NCBI RefSeq assembly: GCF_037042905.1
Contig: NC_087245.1
Location: forward strand, 43,092,001-43,152,000
DNA: 60,000 nucleotides
DNA from: Lytechinus pictus
Lineage: Eukaryota
Direction: 5' to 3'
Notes under the pieces: model-generated
What the model saw: the letters and a program-made list of their open reading frames with translations, nothing else
Databases searched by the model: none
What the model was told of the DNA's origin: nothing
In this document: piece by piece, positions 35,830-48,929 of the stretch
How the letters are laid out: every line of letters starts with the position of its first letter
How positions within the stretch are numbered: position 1 is the stretch's first letter
Made by a program: the position numbers and the translations under genes

Positions 35830-36934
35830 GTGCTAATTCCAGGTATGGTGTCACATCCTGCTTTCCGTAATTTTCAATGAGGGAAGCTCGCGCTTTGTTT
35901 CCTCTCTTTCTCGACATCTCCGCTCGCTTGATTTATTATTAGTTTTCCTAAATTTGCCCCCCCCCCCCTCTGGGATATTTAGAACATGACCCTGTAATAT
36001 TTTAAATGTTCAAAGGTAAACTAATACCAGTATTTTAATCATTTGGTAACTGAGGCAATTACCACTCACAAACCAACAGGCGACAGCCTTGGTGCCTGCG
36101 TTGTTGCCTGTCATAGCCTCTAAGATCGCCCTAGTGAGATGTCCGTATTTCAGATCAACCCATTTCAACCTATGACAAGAGAAGTCAAGTTGTTTGGCGT
36201 GGGTAGGCGTAGGCTATTACATGGACATAGGCTATTCTCTGTGTGGTCATAGGTGGGTGTTGTAGCCTAGCATAGATATATTCTTAGAGAGTCTATAATC
36301 TCCGCTTTTGAGGCGATCTACGATTCTAACATTCGCCAGTTGTCGCCACAACGATCACCCTTTGTGGAACAAGGCTTTAAGTTAACCTGAGCCAAAGTCT
36401 CAAAGTGATATTGCTATCCTTTCTCTATCCATTTTTCGTAGATTGCAAATTTTTAACATTTTCATATTCTTCTGCTCCTCATAACAGGTATCAATGAGAA
36501 CATCTTCATCTGCATGTACAATATGCTGCGACCGACCCAAAACAGCGTTCCTGGTTCCGTGCGGACACACAATGTGCATGACCTGTGCAACCCACTTTGA
36601 GTCAAATGATCTTGATTGTCCCTTTTGTAAGGTGAATCCCAGTGCAGTGGGAACACTTTTTGGCTAGAGAATGAGCTCTTATAGAGTGACCTCCTATGTA
36701 GTTTCATTTGCAAGTCATGTTAATGTTGGGAAACATCTATTATTATGTTTTACTCAATCACACAAATAAGAAAATATATGTCGCAAAGTTTTTAATTGAC
36801 CTTTTGAGACCCAAAATGAAGGTCAAAGGTCAGACTTCATTATGCATAAACATAATTTTGTTCAAATTGTGTCATTTGGGATTAACTTGTAGGTAATTTC
36901 ATAACCAGCAAAAAGTAGGTCTATTGTCATATTG

Positions 36935-37600
36935 GCAGGAGTATTTGTTCACTTCTTGACTAATGGCAGTGTGAAAATCAGAGTGAATCGTTGAGTCATG
37001 CATGAGTGAGCATGCTACAAAATGAACACATTTCAAAAGTCACAAGATTAAGGTAATTGATATTGTGTACTGAGATTGTGTCAAATTGATCATTTTCAGC
37101 CCTGAAAGAATATTCCACGCTTGTTGATAGTCCATGCCCTGTCTAACATATTCCATATCTGATGTTTCATGTTCGATACAGTACAAGTGAATACAAGCCT
37201 CATTAAAGTAGTGAAATTGCCTCAGTGTGTTGAGAAACATTACCATAAGCCTATATATATTCTCAATACTGATCTTGAGCCAATATCACTACCGGTACTT
37301 TAATGAGGTTTGAGTTGCGGGTAACACTTCAACTTTCACTTGTATTCATTCAAACATGAAAAATTTGATACAATTTGTTAGGCAAGGTGTCCATGGATCA
37401 TCAGCGATCGTGTAATATTCATTTAGAGCTGAAAATAATCAATTTGACACTTTCTCAGTACACACTATCAATTCTCTTAATCTTGTGACTTTTGAAATGT
37501 GTTAATTTTGTCTTTAATGTGTGCTCACTCATGCATGACTCAACGGTTCAATATGATTTTCACACAGCAGTTAGACAAGAAGTGAACAAACTTTCCTGTC
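36935..37600. mobile_element. Foldback MITE
   Basis: TTTGTTCACTTCTTG...GTTGAGTCATGCATGAGTGAGCA mirrored at 37520-37592. Confidence 0.7.
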
Positions 37601-38834
37601 AAGTTGTTTTGCTCAAAACCCTTTCATTAAAAAGTTACACTACTTCGACGTATGAGGTAATTTCTCTTGGTAAAAATTACACCAAGATAAAGGGGACTGA
37701 GACTAAGGGATCCAAATGTGGTTGTCCATCCGTGATGCTAAATAGTCTATTAGCTTTGCACCCATAGGTCCGATTTCAACGAAACTTGGATGGAGTCCAC
37801 CACGCGTTCATACATGGTCAGAGGTCACATGCTGGGGTCAAAGGTCATGTTATAGCACCAAATTATTTCACTCGCACTATGATTGTGCTTGGCTTATGGA
37901 GTAGTTTAATTTATTAAAAACACTAAATATGTCATGTAAAATCAATTTCAGCTTTCGTCATTTCCCCGTTGTGTAGATGCAGAGGTATTTTTTAATACAG
38001 ATTATATAACAACAAACAATGTAAGCATGCAATTGTTTTATTTGATTTTGATTATTTTTATATGGACACTCGTCATAGAGAAATTTATTAATTGCAGTGA
38101 TGATATGACTATAGTAAACTATTTATAGGGAACAACGGACTTGCAATTACAAGAATTCAGATTGTTTTCTACTGAAAGTTTGATAATGTGGTAAGCAACG
38201 GATGATTTGGCTCGCACTTTGGTTATGCTATGATTTTGTAGTAGTTGTTTACTTGCAACAATTTGCTAAAATACTAAATGTGTCAAGTTTTTTAAAGTTA
38301 TGTTACAAGCTGACGGCCCTTGGTCCATTCTATTTGTTGATGAAAACAATTTCCAGTTATGCAGATGCATGGAGAAGGTTTTTTATGCATTTGGCATAAA
38401 TGATAATCATGACTTAAAATATGTTTCCACCAGTATGTAATGTTTAAGCAAACCTGATTTTCCTCACACTAAGCTCGAAGATTTATTTTGAAGCACTGAT
38501 TTTAATCAACAAGACATATCTTATCGTTGCATTGTTAAATATTTTGTGTTAGAACTTTTTGTTAAACTGTTAAGTCTCTTGCCCCCTTGTTGTCATTAAC
38601 AAGTAAAACAATAATACGTTTTTTTTTTGTGTGTGTTTGTAGAAAAATATTAAGTTTTCTGAAAAATTGTATGTTTGGTGTTGTAGAAGTGTTTGATGTA
38701 TCTGAACCAAAGGTGATAACCTTTTGACAATAAGGTTTTTTTCCCTGGGGGCCTGTAGAGCCCACAAATGTAGTAATGACCATATAGTAACACCCTTCCC
38801 ACAAATGTAGTAATACTCCTTTTGTGGGAGGCAC

Positions 38835-39620
38835 TTTTTGTCTCACCTGCATAGCAGAGTGAGACTATAGGCGCCGCTTTTCCGACGGCGGCGGCGGCGG
38901 CGGCGTCAACACCAAATCTTAACCTGAGGTTAAGTTTTTGAAATGACAGCATAACTTAGAAAGTATATGGACCTAGTTAATGAAACTTGGCCATAAGGTT
39001 AGTCAAGTATTACTGAACATCCTGCCTGAGTTTCATGTCACATGACCATGGTCAATGGTCATTTAGGGTCAATGAACTTAGACCATGTTGGGGGAATCAA
39101 CATCAAAATCTTAACCTAAGGTTAAGTTTTTGAAATGTCATCATAACTTAGAAAATATATGGACCTAGTTCATGAAACTTATACATAAGGTGAATCAAGT
39201 ATCACTGAACATCCTGCATGAGTTTCACGTCACATGACCAAGGTCAATGGTCATTTAGGGTCAATGAACTTTGGCCGAATTGGGGGTATCTGTAGATTTA
39301 CCATCATAACTTTAAAAGTTGATGGATCTTTCTCTTGAAACTTGGACATAAGAGTAATCAAGTATCACTGAACATCCTGTGCGAGTTTCAGGTTACATGA
39401 TCAAGGTCAAAGGTCATGTAAGGTCAATGAACTTTGGCCACGTTGGGGGTATTTGTTGAATTACCATCATATCTCTATAAATGTATGGGTCTAGCTCATA
39501 AAACGTGGAAATAAGAGTAACCAAGTATCACTTAACATCTTGTGCGAGTTATAGTGCTGCTATATGCTGCTATATTGAATCGCGTGATGCAGGTGAGACG
39601 GCCAGAGGCATTCATCTTGT
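38835..39620 (+). mobile_element. Helentron/DINE-1-like non-autonomous element, copy 2 (one more internal unit than copy 1)
   Basis: Same ends as 34369-34988 and a longer internal tandem array. Confidence 0.7.
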
Positions 39621-40283
39621 TTATATATTTTACTACATTTGTGTGAAAAGTTGTACTACATTTGTTTTGATACATTTCTGGGAAGAGGTGTAATACATTT
39701 TGTAATACTCTCTCATTGGCATGTTTGCAGTAGTTTGTAAAGCACATAGAGATTCTTTTAGCTAGCTGCACTATATAAATTTAACGTTATTCTTATTATT
39801 GTTAACAATGGTGTGTTATAGTTTTCTTTTTTATAGTTGTGTTATAGTTTTTCTTTTTTAACGTCTTTGCATATTTTTGTTCATATACAGTACAGAATAT
39901 ATGTGAAACATCTGTGTATTTTTTATACTCCGAAAGGGGTCGACAGAAATTTTCAAATAAAAGTTCATAAGTACTGCCATTCATCAAATGATTTAAAAGC
40001 AAGCCATTGTAATTTTATATATCTATACATTTCTTAGTCATAGGTGGAGAATTCTGTAGTTTACAAATGAACTAAAAACATGTCCCTATCTGTTCTAGGA
40101 CAATTACACCCCGGACAATTACCCCCGGACAACTACACCAGGACAATTATCCCCGAGCACAATTACCCCCAGAAAATCCCCCTTCTCTCCAGTATAAATG
40201 TTACAATTAAACGGGACCCATTGTATAAGTTTTTGTCGGTGGCACAGGTTTTCAAAATATTTTCTACTTTCTAATTACGTTAA

Positions 40284-40879
40284 AGGGGAATCCAGCCTTG
40301 GCCATAAAATGTTGTGTTGGGAAGGAGAAAAATAAATTGAACAGAATGGTGAAAGTTTGAAAGAAATCGGACAAGCAATAAAAAAGTAATAGCTGCTTTA
40401 AAATTGAGATCACTAATAGTATGTAGATTTCAAATTGGCAACTGAGTAAGTAAATTATGACAAGTGGCAAGGACAACTTTCCCATAGGCCATGTACTTTA
40501 TTATCAGGGATTTATGGTTTTCTCCTAAGTACCCATTCCCCTGGGGCAGTAATCTAAATATAACCCAGGTAGTATATTGTTTAATGTCCTCATGAAAGAA
40601 AAATATAATTTGAAAGAAAACTTTTGGGAAAAATGATATTTTAGCATAATATGTATTGGAGTACATGGAAGAGTAGTCCTTGCCATACATTACTATGACA
40701 TCCCATATGCGACCAATTTGAAGTCTCCACGAATATAGTGATTACCAATATTTACAACTTTTAAAAATTCATAACTTTCTTGTTATTTGTCTAATACTGT
40801 TCAAACTTTCACCTATCAATAGTTGTCTGATTTGTCTGTTTCTTATAAAAACAAGTTTCTAGTTTGGTTGGATTCCCCT
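40284..40879. mobile_element. Kolobok-type MITE
   Basis: TTAA|AGGGGAATCCAGCC ... GGTTGGATTCCCCT|TTAA. Confidence 0.85.
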
Positions 40880-41702
40880 TTAATAACTTTTTCTTTCTCT
40901 TTTATATTGCTCTTAATTTCTCCTGTTCTCTCAATTTTTTTCCCGGGGTAGGCGAAAAGGGGGGCGCCAAAAGGGGAAGGAAAGAGAGGAAACAAAAAGG
41001 GAAAGAAAAAAAGAAGGAAAGAAGAAGAGAAAGGGGAAGAAAGAGAGAAAAAAAGAGGGAAGGGGGAGAAAGCAAAGGGGGGAAAAAGAAGGGGAAAGAG
41101 AAAAGAAAGAAAAAAGGGGGAAAGGAAGAGAGAGAGGGAGTATAAGGGCAGGGGCGCAAATTCGAAGTTCGACTTCAAATGGGGCGCCAATTTGATGTTT
41201 GATCGGGGCGCCAAATTGATGCTCGACCTGGGGGGCGGCGCCAAATAGACCTGTAAGGAGGGGGCGCCAAATTGACCTTAAACTTAGGGGGCGCCGAATT
41301 TATGTTTAACCTGGTATGTCAAACTCATGTTTCACAGGCGGGGGGGGGGGGGCAATTTGACCTTTAACTCGGGGAGGGGGCGCAAAATTGAATGATTGAT
41401 TCAATGATATCCCGTTTATGAATTAAAATGGAGAATTGAAATGCTTTTTTTCCAGATCAGTAGATCTAAATAATTTCAGTTCGCAATTCGCGCTCGCATA
41501 TTAGTTCAATGATACTGCGTTTATAAATTCAATTGGAGCTTGAATTACCCCTTTTATGATATCAGAATATCAAAAGTTTTCAGCTCGCGCTTCGCGCTGG
41601 CATTATTAGTTCAATGATAAACTGTTTCTGAATTCAAAATGGAACTAGAAAATCCTGACATTTAAGGATCATAATAAAAACAAAGACACATAAGAATAAC
41701 AT

Positions 41703-44239
41703 CACGAGTGGATACCATGCGCGACCATGGCGTCTCGAAAAGCACCCTAAACCAGGGCCGGAGCCAGAAGCATTTTGTTGGGGGGTGTACCAGCTAAATT
41801 TGCAAACTAAATTTGGCGTGACAGCGCCAACGTGAGCACAGGGAGAGTCTGATGGGGGATGTGCCCCCCCCCCCAATAAACACATGCTAAAATAAACATT
41901 TTGGATCAAAATAGAAAAGCTAGTGTGCCGTATAGTTGCTAACTTGCAGTCTAATGATATACCCTATATGCATTAATAATATCAAAATAAAAGATTTGTT
42001 AATTTTTAATTGACCTTCTGTGCAAGATGTCTCAACTGAAATTTTAAGAGTGATACTGCTAACAGTGGCGTACCGTGGGTCACGGCATTGGGGGGGGGGC
42101 ACCAGCAACAATTTTGAGTCATTAAGTGGGCGCGCGAAGCACGCTCAATTGCCAGGTATACTGAGCTAATAGAGATATTTTAAGGAATGTGCCATTAAAC
42201 GGATATGCATCTTAGTCATCAAATAATGCGAGCGCGAAGCGCGAGCTGAAAATGTTTGATATTCAGTCCTAAAAAGGGACAGTATAAGCAAAGTTTTGTA
42301 ATCATAATACGTACCTGTCTCACAAAACAAACAATGCGAGCGCGAAGCGCGAGCTGAAATTTTTGTATAACTTAACCCTAAAAAGGGACATTTTAAGGAC
42401 TATCTTTTGGAATTCATGAAGTGCGTACGTATCTCATCATAGTCATCTAATGCGAGCGCCAAGCGCTTGCTGATTTTGTTAGAATTACACAGGTACCTGA
42501 AGCACTTTTTGTGATCATTGTAATCATGAACATGATACGTACGCATTTCACTAATCAAATATTGCGGGCGAAAAGCGCGAGCTGACAATTTTTGAAATTA
42601 AGACCTGAAGACGGGCATTCTATGGCTTGTTTGTAGGAATTTACTATTTCACTAATTAAGTGATGCGAGCGCGAAGCGCGAGCTGAAAATTTGTTATAAT
42701 TAGATCAGAAAAAGGGACATTTTAAGGACTGTCTTTAGGAATTCGTGCACTGCAAAAACGCCGGTGTTGATTTTACACCAGCCAGGTATCTATATCGGTC
42801 TACACCAATGCGAACGTAAGCACAGACTGAAAATGATTTATTAAGGCCTTAAAAGGGGGCAATCACTTAAGTATATAGTCATGAAAAAAAGCATATGTCA
42901 CTACATAAAACAATAATAACTTGAAGTGCGAAGAGATAATTTGGTGCATAATCTTTATGGACTTAAAATACAACATGACTATATATCTCATTAGTCAAAC
43001 AATACGAGCACCAGGAATGATGCAAACCCAACTTGCCCCCACTCCCGCCCATCCCCACCCCAAGCACATTCTGACACCATAAATTAAAAAAAATAATCTT
43101 TGGCGACAGAATTTAGTAAAAATAACTTAAGACATTTTTTGTGTTTTTGCCAACTGCAAACTTGTAGACATGCAAGTTTACAAGTTGTAGACTTGTCTTT
43201 ATGAATTTGCCAACTGCAGAGTTGCCAGTTTTTTAAGTCATGTGTTCTGTTCTTTTCAGACCTGAAACGGGGCAGTACTTGTACATCACTTTGCTGACTG
43301 GTAGAGCGTATAGTGTTCTGCCACTTTAATAGGCCCACTTTATGATTTGACAACTATACTTTGGCTTTGATTAATTTTCAAACTCACAAGCTAGTTTACA
43401 TTGGGGGAGGATCGGGGGTTTACTTTGTGTGTTATTATAGCTCCATCTGTTTTGTCCTTTGTATTTTGCTGACTAGTAGGGCTCTAGGCCTGGCTACATG
43501 GACTTGCCAACTGATTGTCTTTACTCTAAAAGTCGTTACCTTCTTCGAAGTTAGTACCCCTATTTTTCTTTCTTTCTCTCTTTCTCTCTCCCCCTCTCCC
43601 TCTCTTTCTTTCTTTCTTTTCCTTTATCCCCCTTCTTTCCTTTTCTTTCCCTCTTTCTTTTTCTCCTTTTTCTTCCTCCTTTTTGCCAACTGGTACATGA
43701 ATTTGCCGACTAGCTGCCATGAAGGTTGGGGGGTGTCACACCCCCATACCCCCCCCCCCCTCTAGCTACGGCCCTGCCCTAAACACGTAATTTCCATATT
43801 CTGAAAATGCACCCCTTAACAAGTATTGGAAACAAAACGATACTCTTGGCAAATATTCCCTGAAATGAACCCATACACAAGTACAGGAATGTTTTATTTT
43901 TACGGGTCCTCCGGTCGTCGGCTTTACCTTATTTGGTTTAGTACGACCCCACCTTCTACACCCCGGGCAAATCGGACTCTAAACACGAAGTGTTGGGGCA
44001 AAAAGGACATTCTTTATAAAACATTTTAATTTTGTTTTATCATCCCCGCAAATACGACCCTAAACACGTAATTTCCTAGCGAAATAGATACCCTTTTTTC
44101 ATTATTTTTGTGTTTTTGACACCCTTATCACGTTACGTACGTAACGTGCCCTATCGTGAAAAAGACATCCTTTTTACGTGTTTTTTTTGGTCGCGCATAG
44201 TATCCACTCGTCAATGTAAGTGCCCCCCCCCCCCCCGGG
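41703..44239 (-). mobile_element. Second (inverted) copy of the CCCGGG MITE, split into 41703-41752 and 43777-44239 by a hAT insertion
   Basis: Both pieces match the reverse complement of 35270-35829 and join at CCCTAAAC. Confidence 0.85.
41753..43776. mobile_element. 2-kb non-autonomous hAT-type composite element
   Basis: CAGGGCCGGAGC ... GCTACGGCCCTG with a perfect 8-bp TSD CCCTAAAC (41745-41752, 43777-43784); carries an internal hAT-like end CAGTGGCGTACC at 42063. Confidence 0.88.
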
Positions 44240-44439
44240 AGCCTCCAGTTACTATTGAGCCACCAAATGATTCTTCATTGATTCCTTTCTCGAACATGTT
44301 TGATTGAAATCTTGCAGACCATGGGACCAACAGACAAGAACATTACACATCTATGAGAATAGGTATAATTGTAATTTGACGATAATTCTCCTTTAAACAA
44401 AAACTACAAACTTAAACATTTCCGTAACAGACTAACAGC

Positions 44440-44900
44440 AAAAGTGGTTGTTCAGGCGAGACAAAAATGATAATTCAACTCTAATTCAAATAATCGACCC
44501 ATTTCTATAGTACTCTCCATCTCAAAACATTCAGAAAAGATCGTATATATAAGATTTATCTTCTTTTTAACAGTCAATAACATCCTTAACCGACCACAAT
44601 ATGGCTTCAGAAAAAAATGTTCAACTGATTTTCTTATTTACACTTTGATAAATACTGATTACACTTTGATAAGTACTGATTAGTTCTCACAAAAAATACA
44701 TTATATTGCTATAATGACCTGGGTAAGGCTTTTGATACTACGGTATATGAATCTTCTTTCCAAATTAGATCATTACGGTATTTCAAGGAAAATCCTATTC
44801 TTGGATTAAAAGTTATGTATCCAAAAAGAAAAACAAACATTTTCATGTAACTTAGGGTATGCAATGTGGAGTCGCTAAAAGGTCCTTACCTGTTTGTTTA
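44440..44900 (+). pseudogene. Decayed LINE (CR1/L2-like) reverse transcriptase fragment
   Basis: Frame-broken RT motifs RPISI, QYGFRKKCST and DLGKAFDT. Confidence 0.75.
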
Positions 44901-45372
44901 TTGTTTCTTTGTGTGGCGTTTTTTTAGATACTACATACCTCAATGATTACTAACTCAGTTGTTGATACTCAAATTCATTATTGTTTTAGCTTCCAATAAG
45001 ATAGTGTACAACATTATATAGACATTGTATATTTTCATAATGAATAAAATATATATCAACCTAGTTTTAATACAAGCTATCTTTGAATATGTGTAAAAGA
45101 CCAAGTTTATGCATTACAAATAAGACATTCAGATGGAGATGTAGGAATCGATTACGATTATTCAGATTGATGGTGTAACACTATATAAAAAAGACTATAC
45201 GTTTATTGATAAACAATTAACACATAGCCATAATAACTTCACTAAATAGCAAAATAAATAGGGAAATTCCCTCCTCACGTAGGATAATTCTTTACTCTTG
45301 CCCTAAAGATATTTTTCATTGCAATTTTTGTGTGGGGAAATTATCGTAAAATTAATCAAAAGCATTATCCTT

Positions 45373-46291
45373 TAGAAGAGGAACAGCTTATCCGTGACAC
45401 TTTCACGGGGACAAAGCGTTGAGAATGTTTTCGGGTTGCCTGAAGGATACTAAACAAATTGGGCTTGGGAAACCCTGTTCAAAATGTCAGCCTTTTTGGG
45501 AGGGGGCAAAATGGGTTCTATGGGGCAAAAATTGCAAACTACCCAAATATTATCAAAAAGCACACCAAACTCTTCTTCATAGTCATATAGATTCCAAAGA
45601 CGTACCGTTTAGCCACGATGACCAGAAACAGGGACATGTCGTCCCCCTTTTGGTGAAATATCTCAGGTTAAGACTGTCCGATTTGAACAAATTAGTGTCT
45701 AATCCTATGTTTACTGACATGACAAATTCAACTGAGCTACTTGGAAATCATAGAACTGTGTGCAAACCCTTCAAATTTAGGTTTCTATTTTATTTACATT
45801 GTCTATGGGAATGTAAAACTCACGTATACACGTAAATGAATAGGGATGCCATAATAAAATAAAAAGCGAAATTACAAGGATTTGCAGTAAATTCTCTTCA
45901 TTCTAAGTTGCTCAGTTGACTTTGTCATATCAGAAAACATATAATTAGACACCAATGGGCAGGCTTGACCTTTCGCATTTTACCAAAAGTGCGTTGATAT
46001 TTATCTGTTTCAGGTCATAGTGGCTAAACAGTATGTCAGAGATAGGTCAAAGTATACCTTTGATGGAATCTGTATGACCAGAAGAAGAGTTTGGTGTGCT
46101 TTTTAAAATAAGATTTAGGTATAGTTAGGAATTTTGACCCACATAGAACACATTTTGCCACCTCCCCAAAATGGCTGACATTTAGAACAGGGTTTCCCAA
46201 GCCCAATTTGCTTAGTATCCTTCAGGCAACCCGGAAACACTCTCAACCCTTTGTCCCCGTGAAAGTGTCAAGGATACTACTTGTTCTTCTA
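45373..46291. mobile_element. Foldback non-autonomous DNA element (TAGAAGA...TCTTCTA ends, possibly Academ-like)
   Basis: Long inverted arms, e.g. TGACACTTTCACGGGGACAAAG / CTTTGTCCCCGTGAAAGTGTCA; no clear TSD. Confidence 0.7.
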
Positions 46292-46510
46292 CTAGCTAGG
46301 TGATCATAAAAGTAAGAAATTCGGGGAAACGTTATTACACTTCTAATAATTGTATACGGTAATAGATTCCAAGTGCCATTTATTAACATGTACCTTGTAT
46401 ATTGTAACAGTTATTACTTAAATATTATTGAATGGATGCATGAAAGAGTGCTCCTTTGTGGGGTCATTGTCACTAGGCATGAACACAATGTTTTTCATTA
46501 CCACGTAAAC

Positions 46511-48643
46511 TCAGAGAAACAAATTTACAAGGTGTTCATACAAATCAAGTGCGTCTTCAACAGAATCTGGAAGCTCGAAATTGTCCAAATTACCAACATG
46601 AGCATTGACTGCGTCAACAAATTCCTGACTACATCCATAAACGGGATAGTCAAGTGAAACAGCACGTGATGTGTCCTCCAACTCCTGCGCCGAATACATC
46701 AGAGGCATTTTTTGATCTTCGGTACCAAACATCTCAGGAACATGATACATCAAATCTGGGACTCCGTATGGCAATTCCTCATTGTTTTGACTTCTTATAC
46801 AGTGCTGATTCCATTCCTGAACAGTCCTATCAAAATCCCGCTGAATAAGTCTTTGAAAGCAAAGTCGTATGGCTTCAATATGAACTGGGTTACTGTTGTC
46901 AAATTCACCCACATCTCGTAAATGTTTGAAGAGTTCGATCCAATATCTTGAGGATAGCCTCCCCAGATGTCCCCACCATGATTCGATTCGTTGGTTACTT
47001 GTTGAACGTCCATACCTAAAACTTCTGTGTCGATCAAAACAATCATTATGATCCCATCGAAGGGCAATCTGTATATCTCGAATTAGGCAATTTTCGGTTC
47101 CCCTGTCACATCGTACGATTCGGGGTACTCCGTTAATGTTACGAACAAAGTTTAAATAAAACCGCGCAACAAAACGAGGATCATTATTTGAATATCCAAC
47201 TCGAAGCCACAACACTTTTCGCGAAAATCCGTCAATGGCACCATGCACCGCAAAACCATAAGGTTTGAGTTTGTCGTACCCGTCCACATGTATCACATGG
47301 TTTGGTCCCACACTAACGTATTGTCGGCGACGTAGACGCCGCGTTGATCTTCTCTGCACCCCTTCGACATCCAAAAGTGTGAGAAGCTCTCTGACATCAT
47401 CTTGGGTTGCGTATATGTTATGTCTGGTTCTCAGTCTTCTCCACATCGATCTATAGCCAAGGTTTTGTCCTGATCCTCGTAGCTCCACTCGTATGGCATT
47501 TACGACATCAGCGGCAGCGGACCTTACATCTCTCCTACGAATATGACGGCGTTGGATGATTCGTCGCACTTGCCTGAGGCTTCTGATGATACCATGACGC
47601 GCAATGAGAAACGCTATCACTTCCAGCGCAGTATAACCATTGGTGTAATAGTGTTCGATGAGATCATCTGCAACATCTTCCCCGAGGTCTTCAATGTCTG
47701 CTGCGGTATACGGGGGTTGTGGTTGAGCTAAGGCCCCAATAAGGCTGAGAAGGATTATCTGTCGTTGGAGGATGAACAAAGATGTAAAACGAATATTAGC
47801 CGGGATATAATTAGCACTTGAAGAAAGGCATATGTCTACTTGTAGATTTTCAGCACAGTCTCAGATTGGTATTCATTAAAACTTTCCTTCTGTTCTTATC
47901 ATGTGGAAGGACATTTGCCTTTTGGGCATGTTGGGGGACGATTATGGACCCAAAACACTTTTCAAAGTTAAATACATGTCAAACTCTGAATTAACATGCA
48001 GAAACATATTAAAATGTCACTTGACTTTGTCGTCTGTACTAAATTTTGAATTGCATTTAACAATTGGGCCTACTTTCACCGATTTCTTCAAAAATCGCGT
48101 CGCGTCGCAGAGTGTGCGCTGGGCTTAAGACGTCATCATAACATTTGGTATAAACCAAAGAGTATGTTTGAATTAACGTTTCATATGACATACTGATATG
48201 GATGTAATCTAGTTAATCAATTAAAATGTTTAAGATTGAAGTTCAGTTTTCGCTATTGGAAACCCTGTATAGGTTAGAAATTCAATAAATTGGCCTAGAC
48301 ACATAACTTTAAGCAAAAATTACACGGTCATATTTTGGGTTCAAGTTTTCATGAGACTTTAAGCATCCTCACTCAATATCATGGATAATTAGTGAGAAAC
48401 ATATTTCTTGATTTTTATCAAGTTAAATGCTTATGAGGTCGCAGACATAGGGACCGCTATACAGGCTTTATTGTTGTTTGCAAGGGAATACAATAAGCAA
48501 TCAACCAACAATGTTCCATGCCCCTCCCAGATCCAGAGAAATTCCTATCGACTGTTACAATGCTAGGAGAAACGTAATATTATGCATGGGCACGTATATA
48601 TGATAGATCTACTTACAGCTAAAGGGATGCACAACCGTTCCAT
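46511..48643 (-). CDS. Integrase-core (IS3/IS481-like) DDE transposase, 424 aa; complement(join(46511-47758, 48617-48643))
   Basis: Catalytic motifs HVDGYDKLKP, RCDRGTEN and NQRIESWW, plus GYRSMW in the N-terminal half. Upstream exon ATGGAACGGTTGTGCATCCCTTTAGCT|GTAAGT joins in phase 0 to a pyrimidine-rich CAG acceptor. No stops or frameshifts. Confidence 0.9.
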
Positions 48644-48929
48644 TATAGTACGCTCTATTTCGTCTGTTCCTTCACACGTATATACTCGTACAATAATAAT
48701 ATTGATCAGCTGCTGCTTCCGGCTTCAAAAATTATTGAGGCATATTGATCCTGATAACAATTTTAGCCATAAATGACCTCCTTTATTAACGTGCTAGGCA
48801 GTGCTATATAGCTAGCTACATGTAGATCTAGTCGAACGAAACCCCGGCCGCGGATAAATCGCATGTGGAAATGAAGCCAAATTGACAAAGCGCAATATAT
48901 CTCGTCATCTCAACGTGTTGTCCATATAT

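Larger units (their letters stand above)
23036..36667 (+). pseudogene. Transposon-borne RING-HC (C3HC4) protein gene, ~439 aa, putative E3 ubiquitin ligase, interrupted by a solo LTR. Model join(23036-23037, 24413-24581, 25136-25268, 26633-26748, 28186-28236+28769-29038, 31452-31518, 32827-33158, 36488-36667)
   Basis: All introns are GT-AG with compatible phases; the 1320-nt frame is open once the LTR and one TSD copy are removed. Last exon reads CTICCDRPKTAFLVPCGHTMCMTCATHFESNDLDCPFCKVNPSAVGTLFG*. Confidence 0.85.

Noticed and set aside
38129..38190. Extra RING-gene exon (AG|GGAACAACG...TG|GTAAGC) via a donor at ~36632
   Set aside because: Phase-compatible but without recognisable motifs; the unspliced end CPFCKVNPSAVGTLFG* already resembles a normal terminal RING.
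40843..41244. Lys/Glu-rich or Phe-rich ORFs (also 43361-43765 and 55906-56292)
   Set aside because: They arise from purine/pyrimidine or TA low-complexity tracts.
47759..47779. TTG start of the 422-aa ORF (MFILQRQ)
   Set aside because: This stretch is the polypyrimidine tract and CAG acceptor; a proper ATG exon lies at 48617-48643.
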